Source: a virus (lineage: Duplodnaviria; Heunggongvirae; Uroviricota; Caudoviricetes). Taken from it: a stretch of 64,000 bases of DNA. A model generated the notes under the pieces. That model was given only the letters and a program-made list of their open reading frames with translations, searched no databases and was not told the DNA's origin. Both the position numbers and the translations under genes were made by a program. The stretch lies in the IMG/VR virus record IMGVR_UViG_3300032321_001382, one strand, 5' to 3'. Of this stretch, positions 21,001 through 27,488 are shown one piece after another. Within the stretch, counting starts at the first letter, position 1; each line of letters begins with the position of its first letter.

Positions 21001-23748
21001 GCTTGTACATTTATGGCTAACAACTTCGTTGTTGGTGATTTCGTTTCAAGTGGTGGATGTGGTTGTAATGTTAGTATTGATGCAAATGGTAAAATGTGTT
21101 TACAATCTGCTGCTGCTGCTAGCGTAATGAACGTTGGTTGTGGAACTTGCTCTATTGTTGGTAGTGGTTGTGGTAATCTTGCTTGTGGTGCTTGTTCATT
21201 TGTAGGTGGTGGACAATTTAACACAGCAGTTTGTGGTTTTTCTACAATTAGTGGGGGATATTGTAACGCTGCTAGTGGAAATAATTCATTTATAGGAAGT
21301 GGTGAATGTAACTTAGCTGGCGCTTCTAATTCAATTGTAGTTGGCGGTAGTTGTAATACAGCTTGTGGAAATTGTGCAATTGTAGTAGGTGGTTTTAATA
21401 ACCAATCAACTTGTTGTTATTCATTCATTGGTGGTGGAAATTGTAATTTATCTTGTGGATGTTCCTCATATATAGGTGGTGGTTCAGAAAACACCGCTAG
21501 TGGTAAATACTCTGTCATAAATGGTGGTTGTAATAATACTGCAAATTTCTTAGGAACTGTAGGTGGTGGTTCTTGTAACACTGCAAGTTGTTACTCAACC
21601 ATAGGTGGAGGTCGTATAAATACTGCTTATCAATATTCTACTATTGCTGGGGGTAATGGAAATACAGCTTGCAATGGTTCATTCGTAGGTGGTGGTAATA
21701 CTAATAGTGCTAGTGGATGTTATGGATTTATAGGTGCTGGTAGAAACAACATAGATTGTGGTCTTTGTTCTTCAATCGTAGGTGGATGTTTTAACTTTAC
21801 TTGTTGTAATGGTACATTTATAGGTAGTGGAAGCTGTAATATAGCTTGTGGAAATTGTTCAATTGTAGTTGGTGGTTGTAATAACCTATCAACTTGTTGT
21901 TATTCATTCGTTGGTGGTGGTGAGTGTAATATATCTTGTGGAGATTACTCAGCTGTATTAGGTGGTCAATGCAACATTGTTGCTGTACCTTATGCAGCGG
22001 TATTTGGTTGTAATGTTTGTAATTTGAATAGTTGCACTTTTGCTGCCAATAACTTCACAGTTCAAGACTTCTGCGCTTGTGGTGGATGTGGTTGCAATGT
22101 GAGTATTGACGCTACTGGTAAACTTTGCTTACAAGCTGGTGGTGGCGGTGGTGGTGTTATGGCTGCTGGTACTGGAATTTGTTCTATTGTTGGTAGTGGG
22201 GATAATAATATAGCTTGTGGAAATTGTTCTTTTGCTGGTGGTGGTTGTAATAACCAATCAACTTGTAATTATTCATTTATAGGCGGTGGTGAATGTAATA
22301 TATCTGGTGATTGTAATTCATTCATAGGAAATGGTTTTTGTAACACAGCTAGTGGTAAATATGCTGTAGTGGTTAGTGGTTGTTGTAATAGTGCTTACAA
22401 TCTTGGATTTGTAGGTGGCGGAACTTGTAATATAGCTTGTAATTATGCAACAATAGGTGGTGGTCGTTACAATAATGCTTCAGGTAATAGTTCATTCGTA
22501 GGTGGTGGAGATAGTAGTAATGCATCAGGATTCTTTTCAGTTGTTAGTGGTGGACTTAGTAATACCTCTAGTGGATGTTATTCTGCTATCGTAGGTGGAT
22601 GTTGCAACTTTACTTGTGCGTGTAATTCATTTATTGGTGGAGGTCAAAACAATACAGCTTGTGGAAATTGCTCATTTGTAGGGGGTGGTTGTAATAATCA
22701 AGCTACTAATGACTATTCAATAGTTGTAGGTGGTGATTGTAGTTATTCTTGCGGGTCTCGTTCAGTTGTAGTTGGTGGTTGTAATAACGTAGCAAGTTGT
22801 GTATCTTCATTCGTAGGTGGTGGTCAATATAATACATCTAGTTCATGTTTTTCATTCATAGGAAATGGATGTTGTAACACTGCTAGTGGTAAATATGCTG
22901 TTGTAGTAAGTGGTAAAAATAATAGTGCTAATTATCTTGGATTTGTAGGTGGTGGATGTTGCAACACAGCTAGTTGTTATTCAATTGTCGTTGGAGGTCG
23001 TTGTAATACAGCCCAGCCTTATAGTTATGTAATAGGTGGTTTTGCAAATACTGCTTGTTGTAGTGGATTCATTGGTAGTGGTACTACAAATACTACTTTA
23101 GGTTCACTTTCATTTGTAGGTAGTGGGTGTTGCAATACAGCTAGTTGTAATTATTCATTCGTTGGTAATGGTGCATTTAATATTGCTTCAGGATGCGAAG
23201 CATTCATAGGAAGTGGATATTGTAACACTGCTTGCGGAAATTGTTCAGCTATATTAGGTGGATGTAATAACGTAGCTAGTGCTGCTTGGAGTGGTGCATT
23301 TGGTTGCAACTTAAATGCTTGTAATGCTTGTACATTCTATACTAATAACATCTTCTCTTGTGGTGATATTTATGCTACTGGTAACATAACTGCTTGTTCT
23401 GATTCTAGGGTTAAAGAAAACATAAGACCAATTGAGAATGTATTATCTAGAATTAATTGTTCAAGAGGTGTTGTATATGATAGAATTGACACTAAGGCTA
23501 AGAATGAAATTGGTTTCATTGCTCAAGAATTAGAGGTTAACTTCCCAGAACTTGTTAAATCTGATAATGGAGATAATAAGTTTGTAAACTACCAAAGTGG
23601 TGTTGCCGTAGTATTTGAGGGATTAAAAGAGCAACAAAAAATTATTAACAAACAAGGTGAGACTATTACTAAACAAGGTGAGGAAATAAAGCAACTTAAG
23701 GCTGATGTTATAGAACTTAAAACTATAATCAATGGCTTTACCAAGTAG
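12007..23748 (+). CDS. giant (3913 aa) Cys/Gly-rich repeat fibre or spike protein with C-terminal Peptidase_S74 intramolecular-chaperone domain
   Basis: One uninterrupted 11.7-kb ORF. Hundreds of 14-16-aa repeats of the type GGG.CN.ASG.YS.VGG (Hep_Hag / YadA-head-like). Repeat blocks are separated by about 11 copies of a conserved module of roughly 50 aa, GVFGCNLCNTQACTFMSNNFVVGDFVGCGGCSLALDANGKMC. The C-terminus SDSRVKENI...IGFIAQELEVNFPELV is the S74 autoproteolytic chaperone signature. Confidence 0.85.
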   Translation: MALTNFGFTSGGCGIDCVGLTSVGLTTPSAFCVPNSPLTANGNLNLCGAGSATQYIRGDGTLADFPNIGGGGGEVFFFNGNTSQGSIGGNTYYQLGTTAGTGAAANFSVTGDAVLARFITNANVPNQILMPAGNWFFSAYFSVTSSASNPIVTATIQKYNGATFTTLATSTSEVITNGTGIEIYNFAASIADSALLATDRIAITFTTSSTSGSTMTLYTENSHISQVVSTFPTGISTLNGLTCNSQNFCTTTCGTDFTICSSGSTHCWNIPNASCTSRGLLSCTDYASFASKPIVVGSGCNSTLRCGVNNLACGIASASLGGCNNTASGNYSFVGGGFCVNAVALNSTIGGGSTILASGCGSAILGGKSNTASGNYSAILGGQCNTASAAFSGAFGCNLTACNACTFYTNNLCACGSLYTSAVTSGCAACVSTNGQIIGYTPTVATPAIIVVGAGANSTIRCGVNNTAAGIAAAALGGCNNSAVGANTFVGGGNCNIACNACSIVVGGLSNISCAAYSFIGGGNLNCTDTGVAAVVVGGTSNSAPSACTFIGGGQGNSTQGIYSSITGGYLNTTNGACSNVGGGFNNIARCALSSVLGGTGNTACANCSVVLGGSNNATRETGAFSAVLGGSGNQACCNYTAVFGCNMCNTQPCTFMANNFVVGDFVGCGGCSLALDANGKICLGAAASPSIIVAGAGANSTIRCGVNNTAAGIAGAALGGCNNSAIGVNGFVGGGNCNISCGACSSVLGGFTNKACGAFSSVGGGRSNTSTGCDSSIGGGASNTASAYRSTIGGGGSNTINSGTATTIGGGRSNTITTGFGDSTIAGGRSNTISSTYGSTIGGGCSNVISGSSSVISGGYGGNTASTYTVIGGGLYNCIGGTGAWGAVLSGVNNCMCAGNVFSVIGGGNAHIICNSVCGGAIFGGKANTASCNYSSILGGLTNRTDGVYSAVLGGCNNTASCNYTGVFGCNLCNTQACTFMSNNFVVGDFVGCGGCSLALDANGKMCIGAAASSIIVVGAGTNSTVRCGVSNSTCGTASAALGGCNNSASANYGFIGGGNCNSAAGTFSAVVGGCNNCAASNRDFVGGGSGNTASGTYSFVGGGCNNSVSVCGSNSVIVGGQNNSATGGRGFVGGGLCNTSSGNCSFVGGGFTNIACGVFSFVGGGCNNTAYGSRSTIVGGCCNIICGFNSFIGGGALNTTIDSTSTIVGGSNNLLACAISFIGGGNCNVSCQFQSVIVGGTQNIIGSNFNHCHSFIGGGNFNLVCGTASSVVGGCCNSACNTHSAVLGGCGNNASCNYTGVFGCNMCNTQPCTFMSNNFVVGDFVGCGGCSLALDANGKMCIGAGGGGGIIVLGAGCNSTLRCGVNNATSGAYSGALAGTCNVVSGACSFIGGGKINTSSNSYSSVLGGLCNCAGGFGSSTVSGYKNCSTGRYATILGGNQNTNSSYYSSIAGGQQNLISNSYNSNTGAGYYNRIIDSNFSVVAGGYINQIFSSIQSGILGGGRNRICCGCVNSTISGYYGCLNNSSFGQIGSGSYNCQQCACRSTILNGCYNKIGGTGGCCTLNSLIGGGACNIICYSDGGCFSPTCNTSYGAILNGCNNNTFGNYSLIGNGLCNIVNTSSSLTNYAVLNQCVTSFCVSGDYTTQFCAGKCIILTGGTGGCNSFVCNTSSTFYLSGDETSTYIPSVRPVIFYSTINPTFNLYCTTGFSNDICVFGDVTCDLTQWQRCVLFCNTITGCNCGSLAINGVASGYGGNTCYVGPYTEIYVPAGVDSSLYDTVTLCQYISGSGCVTASSFDGTNTAITASNFYAGVNTCYNCVNYLPFNTCVPVSSSSFDCVNTCVTISGYLYCTGIYSNASICSVTASNYSSVINGQCNIVSGNYSTANGLCNNVSVNYSSAFGCNLCNTQACTLMANNFVIGDFVGCGGCSLALDANGKMCIGAGGGGGGIIIAGSGTDSTLRCGVGNTASAIGSASLGGCNNTASGCYSFVGGGQCNIANACNSIIVGGCCNSLNYACGAFIGGGYCNSSNSECSVISGGYCNEILCSSNSNINGGFCNIINNSSTNSSILGGSGNIACGAYTGVFGCNLTNCQACTFMSNNFVVGDFVGCGGCSLALDASGKMCIGAGGGGGGIIILGTGTSSTIRCGVCNDAFGNGGSSLSGCYNISCGDYNIIGGGKCNQTTSGLYNVIVGGTQNCVSAFVNTAFIGGGQGNQVNGSNGTVVGGTFNSSVCDAFVGGGNANTASGQYSIIVGGHQNGALCNHAFIGSGNNHFNCGCNSVIVGGAEHLVCGNYAFVGGGLCNSACGNCSIVVGGCNNTASCNYSSIVGGHNNISSNQHSFVGAGDFNISCGDSSSVVAGRCNCATCGYAFVGAGLCNTASGCASSIIAGSVNTASGYYSTISGGYLNTASAAYSTISGGHSNIASGCHTFIGAGDFNCGLNYQSIVVGGQCNISCGDFASIVGGLCNISSGTYSSVVGGGTNSASGGYSFIGGGCANSVICGNSSVVGGSNNTNCQSLSFIGGGLLNTININLTESSSVLVGGQSNTLNGNAAVIVGGQCNTTCGNCSFVGGGSGNTALCDYSGVFGCNLCNTQACTFMSNNFVVGDFVGCGGCNLALDANGKMCLGAAVSASIIILGSGCNSTLRCGVNNLSSGVASASLAGCNNIASAFYTFVGGGCCNLACGNFSSILGGFCNTASGYYAGVYGCNLTNTQSCTFMSNNFVVGDFIPNGGCGCVVSIDINGKMCLQAACGGGGGVSQITAGTGITISPACGTGNVTICSTGSGPMVSGSGYCSIYGNGGSNSANGNYAFVGGGQGNNVTGPYTTIGGGRSNSISVSFGDSTIAGGRGNNIYDNASTIGGGCSNAICSPSSVISGGYGGCTSSAYTVIGGGLYNVVGGGGAWGAVLSGVSNCMCAGNVFSVIGGGNAHIICNSVCGGAIFGGKANTASCNYSAILGGLTNRTDGVYSAVLGGCNNTASCNYTGVFGCNLCNTQACTFMANNFVVGDFVSSGGCGCNVSIDANGKMCLQSAAAASVMNVGCGTCSIVGSGCGNLACGACSFVGGGQFNTAVCGFSTISGGYCNAASGNNSFIGSGECNLAGASNSIVVGGSCNTACGNCAIVVGGFNNQSTCCYSFIGGGNCNLSCGCSSYIGGGSENTASGKYSVINGGCNNTANFLGTVGGGSCNTASCYSTIGGGRINTAYQYSTIAGGNGNTACNGSFVGGGNTNSASGCYGFIGAGRNNIDCGLCSSIVGGCFNFTCCNGTFIGSGSCNIACGNCSIVVGGCNNLSTCCYSFVGGGECNISCGDYSAVLGGQCNIVAVPYAAVFGCNVCNLNSCTFAANNFTVQDFCACGGCGCNVSIDATGKLCLQAGGGGGGVMAAGTGICSIVGSGDNNIACGNCSFAGGGCNNQSTCNYSFIGGGECNISGDCNSFIGNGFCNTASGKYAVVVSGCCNSAYNLGFVGGGTCNIACNYATIGGGRYNNASGNSSFVGGGDSSNASGFFSVVSGGLSNTSSGCYSAIVGGCCNFTCACNSFIGGGQNNTACGNCSFVGGGCNNQATNDYSIVVGGDCSYSCGSRSVVVGGCNNVASCVSSFVGGGQYNTSSSCFSFIGNGCCNTASGKYAVVVSGKNNSANYLGFVGGGCCNTASCYSIVVGGRCNTAQPYSYVIGGFANTACCSGFIGSGTTNTTLGSLSFVGSGCCNTASCNYSFVGNGAFNIASGCEAFIGSGYCNTACGNCSAILGGCNNVASAAWSGAFGCNLNACNACTFYTNNIFSCGDIYATGNITACSDSRVKENIRPIENVLSRINCSRGVVYDRIDTKAKNEIGFIAQELEVNFPELVKSDNGDNKFVNYQSGVAVVFEGLKEQQKIINKQGETITKQGEEIKQLKADVIELKTIINGFTK
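14431..14990 (+). repeat. 560-bp intragenic duplication inside the giant fibre gene (copy A; copy B at about 20491..21050)
   Basis: Protein segments TIGGGRSNTITTGFGDSTIAGGRSN...GGLYN.(I/V)GG.GAWGAVLSGV.NCMCAGNVFSVIGGGNAHIICNSVCGGAIFGGKANTASCNYS.ILGGLTNRTDGVYSAVLGGCNNTASCNYTGVFGCNLCNTQACTFM are almost identical between the two positions, and the DNA is nearly identical over several hundred bp. Confidence 0.75.
23398..23745 (+). other. Peptidase_S74 intramolecular chaperone domain (C-terminus of giant fibre)
   Basis: SDSRVKENIRPIENVLSRI...VYDRID...EIGFIAQELEVNFPELV, then a coiled-coil tail. Confidence 0.8.
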
Positions 23749-25888
23749 TGGACCACTCAGTTTTCAAGATATTGCTACAGAATTAGGGGTTAATCCCCCT
23801 CTTTCTTTAGAGGCTATGAGTACAACTGCTGGGTTTACAGCGCCCTTTGCTGTTACTGATTTTTATGGTTATAGTGGAGCTGCTCCTGATGTGGTAACAA
23901 GTGGACTAGTTTTATATTTAGATGCTGGTCAAACAACTAGTTATTCTGGAAGTGGTAGTACATGGACTGATTTAAGTGGTTATGGAAATAATGCAACACT
24001 AGTTAATAATCCGACATTTAGTAGTTCTTATGGGGGTAACCTTGAATTTCCTTATTCAAATGTTTATGGTCAAATTAATGATGCAGCTAGCTTACAATTT
24101 GGCACTGGTGATTTTACTATTAGTTTATGGGAGTATCCAATAGTAGTAAATGATGGAAGTAATCAAAGGACTATACTATCTAAAAACTATACTGGCTTTG
24201 AAATATTTATTTATCAATCTATTCTTAGAGGATATTTTGGTGGTGTCAATCAACTTGAAGGCACAACAACATTAACGGCTAATATTTGGTATAATTTTGT
24301 ATTTGTAAGAAGTGCTGGTGTAATTACTTCTTATATAAATACTATACAAGATGGACAATATGCGTATGCGGGTGATGTTAGTAATATAGGTACGGGTCTA
24401 TATATAAATATAAGACCATCTACACCATATTATGGAAATCAAAATATGTCAAATATTTTACTTTACAATAGAGCATTAACTAATGCTGAAGTTGTTCAAA
24501 ACTACAATGCTTTTGCTTCTCGATTCAGTTATACACCTTTGCCAATTACCTCTGGATTAACATTATTATTAGATGCCGAAAATACTTCTAGTTATTCTGG
24601 AAGTGGAACAAGCTGGAATGATGTAAGTGGTAATAACAATAATGGTACATTTAATGTTGCCCCAACATACAATGCTGGTGGTTATTTTCAACTAAATGGA
24701 ACTGAACTTGTACAAAGTTTCCCAAGTAGCATATCTCAAACATTGAGTTCAAAAACTATAATAGTATGGTTTAATATAGCAGATACTACTAGAAGAGGTT
24801 TAATTGCAACTAGAGATAGTAATAGTAATGGTGGATGGGCATTTGTTGTAAATAGAACTGCTACTGGAAATCTAACTTTTTTCAATGTAGCTGGTGGTGG
24901 TTTAATTGAAAAAGCGGGTGGAATAACCCCTTCTAATTGGTATATGGCTACACTAACATATAACTATTCTACACTCGAGGCTGAATTATTTGTAAATGGA
25001 ATATCAGTAGGTACTCAATCCTCTTTAGGCGCTGGTAGTAATGTTGCATTTAATGGAGTAGTTGCTGCTGAACAAGAAAATGATTTTGGAGGAGCATTTG
25101 CGGGAGGATATAGTATAGTTAACATATACAATAGAGTTTTAACTTCATCTGAAATCATATTCAACTATAATGCTTATGCCTCTAGATTTAATTTGACACC
25201 AATTCCCGTTAGTCCAATACAAGATGGATTAGTATTATATTTGAATGCAAGTAACCCTTCAAGTTATTCAGGAAGTGGTACAACTTGGTATGATTTAAGC
25301 CCTAGTGGAAATAATGTATCATTAACTAATGGACCAACTTATAGTAGTTCTAATGGTGGATATTTAGAATTTAATGGATTTAGTCAATATGGTGTTTTAT
25401 CCAATCCAGCAGCTCTTCCTATTGGTAATGAAATGTCTATGGGTTTTTGGTCTTATGGTTTAAGTGTAGCAAATACATATTTGTTTTGTGGTTTAGGGGT
25501 TGGTAATAGAACTGTAAATGTACATTTACCTTGGGGCGATTACAATGTTTATTGGGATTGTGGAAATTCTGGAGGTTCGTTTAACAGACTATCCACATAT
25601 CTAGGTTCAAGCTATCAAGGATGGCATTATTGGATGTTTACCAAAAATGCCTCTACTGGTATTATGAACATATATAAAGATGGTGTATTATTAATATCAG
25701 GAGGTGGATATGTTTATACAATTAACCAAAGTGATTATGCTACAATAGCTAAAGCTGGTCCTAGTGCTCCTGAATATTGGAATGGTTATTTAGCTCAAGT
25801 TCAAGTATATAATAGAGAATTGAGTGCTGGGGAAGTAGTAACTAACTATAATATTTCTGCATCCCAATATGGATTAACACCAATTTAA
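23732..25888 (+). CDS. three-fold LamG/concanavalin-A-like lectin-domain protein (candidate distal receptor-binding protein)
   Basis: 718 aa. Three repeats begin L(V/T)L(Y/L)LDA..(T/P)SSYSGSG(S/T).W.D(L/V)SG.(G/N)NN. and end with a YNR.L(T/S)..E(V/I)..NYNA.ASRF tail typical of the Laminin_G_3 jelly roll. The start overlaps the giant ORF by 17 nt in another frame. Confidence 0.7.
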   Translation: MALPSSGPLSFQDIATELGVNPPLSLEAMSTTAGFTAPFAVTDFYGYSGAAPDVVTSGLVLYLDAGQTTSYSGSGSTWTDLSGYGNNATLVNNPTFSSSYGGNLEFPYSNVYGQINDAASLQFGTGDFTISLWEYPIVVNDGSNQRTILSKNYTGFEIFIYQSILRGYFGGVNQLEGTTTLTANIWYNFVFVRSAGVITSYINTIQDGQYAYAGDVSNIGTGLYINIRPSTPYYGNQNMSNILLYNRALTNAEVVQNYNAFASRFSYTPLPITSGLTLLLDAENTSSYSGSGTSWNDVSGNNNNGTFNVAPTYNAGGYFQLNGTELVQSFPSSISQTLSSKTIIVWFNIADTTRRGLIATRDSNSNGGWAFVVNRTATGNLTFFNVAGGGLIEKAGGITPSNWYMATLTYNYSTLEAELFVNGISVGTQSSLGAGSNVAFNGVVAAEQENDFGGAFAGGYSIVNIYNRVLTSSEIIFNYNAYASRFNLTPIPVSPIQDGLVLYLNASNPSSYSGSGTTWYDLSPSGNNVSLTNGPTYSSSNGGYLEFNGFSQYGVLSNPAALPIGNEMSMGFWSYGLSVANTYLFCGLGVGNRTVNVHLPWGDYNVYWDCGNSGGSFNRLSTYLGSSYQGWHYWMFTKNASTGIMNIYKDGVLLISGGGYVYTINQSDYATIAKAGPSAPEYWNGYLAQVQVYNRELSAGEVVTNYNISASQYGLTPI

Positions 25889-25971
25889 AATATTGGGCTA
25901 TAAAATAATCAAAATTTCGTATATTTACACTATATTTTAACAATATATTTTAACAATAAAAAACAAATAAA

Positions 25972-26199
25972 ATGGCAGATTTAACACCCTTAGAATTAGA
26001 ATTACAAGCAGTTGAAGCTCAAATTGAAGCTGCAAGACAAGCTAAAATGGAAGCATTTATGGCTAAAATAGAAGCGGAGAAAAAAGCTAAAGAAGATGCT
26101 GAAGCAGCAAAAAGCCAAGAGCAAAAAGATGCTGAATTAGCAGCTGTAATTGCTGAAAAAAAAGCTCATTTAGCTCAAATTCAAGAAGAATTAGCGTAA
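25972..26199 (+). CDS. small Ala/Glu/Lys-rich coiled-coil protein
   Basis: 75 aa, entirely helical heptad-like; followed by a hairpin terminator. Confidence 0.5.
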   Translation: MADLTPLELELQAVEAQIEAARQAKMEAFMAKIEAEKKAKEDAEAAKSQEQKDAELAAVIAEKKAHLAQIQEELA

Positions 26200-26204
26200 A
26201 TAAT

Positions 26205-26235
26205 TAGCCTAGAAATAGGCTACTTATATTATTTT
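26205..26235 (+). terminator. hairpin terminator candidate
   Basis: TAGCCTA-GAAA-TAGGCTA perfect 7-bp stem followed by a T-rich run (cttatattatttt). Confidence 0.45.
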
Positions 26236-26255
26236 AAACAAAAAAATGAAAATAA

Positions 26256-26801
26256 ATGGAATATGTATATTATGTTGATAATCAACAAGTAAAAGAAGAA
26301 CAAGAAATTAAATTATTAAAAGTTTATAATAATCACAACGAGGAAATTGATGGTAAAATAGTCGCTTTTTGGATTAAAGAAAATGCTTTACCTAACTACG
26401 AAGAAGAATTTTTACAATCAAGAATTAATGACGTAGTATATGTCTGTCTTGATAGTTCAAATGATGAAATAGTGGGTGTTTGTTCTGGAAATAGCGTTTA
26501 TTTTGAGCAATTAAGAAACTATTTCTTTTATTTAAGAATATTTGTTGCTGAAAAGTGGAGGGGTAATAATAGGAATGTAGCTATAAACTTATATTATGGC
26601 ACATATGACCTATTAAATGAGCTTAAGGTGTTTAATCTACAAAATATTGTAGGTATTCTTATAGTTTATGAGAGTGAGCATTTAAACAAAGTAATTAATT
26701 ATTACCACTCAGAAAAGTATAGAAACCAAGTATTAGTAGGGTTTACAGATAAAAATGAACAAATAAGAATAACTTATTTCAATGATGTTAAAATGTTTTA
26801 G
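26256..26801 (+). CDS. hypothetical protein
   Basis: 181-aa ORF. Confidence 0.5.
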   Translation: MEYVYYVDNQQVKEEQEIKLLKVYNNHNEEIDGKIVAFWIKENALPNYEEEFLQSRINDVVYVCLDSSNDEIVGVCSGNSVYFEQLRNYFFYLRIFVAEKWRGNNRNVAINLYYGTYDLLNELKVFNLQNIVGILIVYESEHLNKVINYYHSEKYRNQVLVGFTDKNEQIRITYFNDVKMF

Positions 26802-26804
26802 TAT

Positions 26805-27488
26805 ATGTTAGGATTTTTTATAAAGACGCTCTCTCATCTGTTGTTATTCTATATCATAGTAATATCAATAGCGTATGCTTTATTAATATCTAATGGTACG
26901 TTACAATCAAAATATAAGCATCTTGTTAGAGAGTTTAAATATTCTGTATTAAGTCTCTTATTATTTAGTGTAATAGCTACTATTTTATATGAAACTAAAT
27001 TATTAAATTATACTACGCTATATTATAATATTAGTGAACATGGTTGGTTTTACTATTTTGGTATAATACCTATAATATTTCTTATATATGACTTTTATTT
27101 TTATCTCACACATATCTTAATGCATCATAAAAAATTATTTAATTTCTTTCATTTAACTCATCATAAATCTAAAGAGATTTCTCCCATGTCTGCTTTATCT
27201 ATGGACCCATTAGAAGCAATTATTAATCATGGAGCTTTACTTTTATTATTTTTATTATTTCCAATACATACATCTCATGTTTATTTATGGGTAGCAGTAA
27301 CAATAACTTATACTACTTATCTTCATTTAGGAACAGAGATATTTTCAAATAAATTCTTACAAACTAAGCTTGGAAAATTAATTAATACTACTACAACTCA
27401 TTCACAACATCACCTAAAATTTAAAGGTAATTATGGTTTTTATACTTTAATTTGGGATAAATTATTTAAAACAGAAAGAAATGCCTAA
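26805..27488 (+). CDS. fatty acid hydroxylase / sterol desaturase superfamily membrane enzyme (histidine boxes)
   Basis: 227 aa with several TM segments and the His boxes HILMHHKKLF, FHLTHHKSK and THSQHHLKFKGNYG, which match the di-iron HxxHH motifs of the FA_hydroxylase family. Confidence 0.65.
   Translation: MLGFFIKTLSHLLLFYIIVISIAYALLISNGTLQSKYKHLVREFKYSVLSLLLFSVIATILYETKLLNYTTLYYNISEHGWFYYFGIIPIIFLIYDFYFYLTHILMHHKKLFNFFHLTHHKSKEISPMSALSMDPLEAIINHGALLLLFLLFPIHTSHVYLWVAVTITYTTYLHLGTEIFSNKFLQTKLGKLINTTTTHSQHHLKFKGNYGFYTLIWDKLFKTERNA

Noticed and set aside
13311-21224. Several minus-strand ORFs (13311..13541, 13923..14360, 15300..15518, 15903..16205, 17733..17957, 19794..20015, 20997..21224) with Pro-rich PPPT translations inside the giant fibre gene
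   Set aside because: They are antisense read-through of the Gly/Cys repeat codons (GGT/GGC reads as Pro on the other strand). They have no independent start context and recur in every repeat copy.
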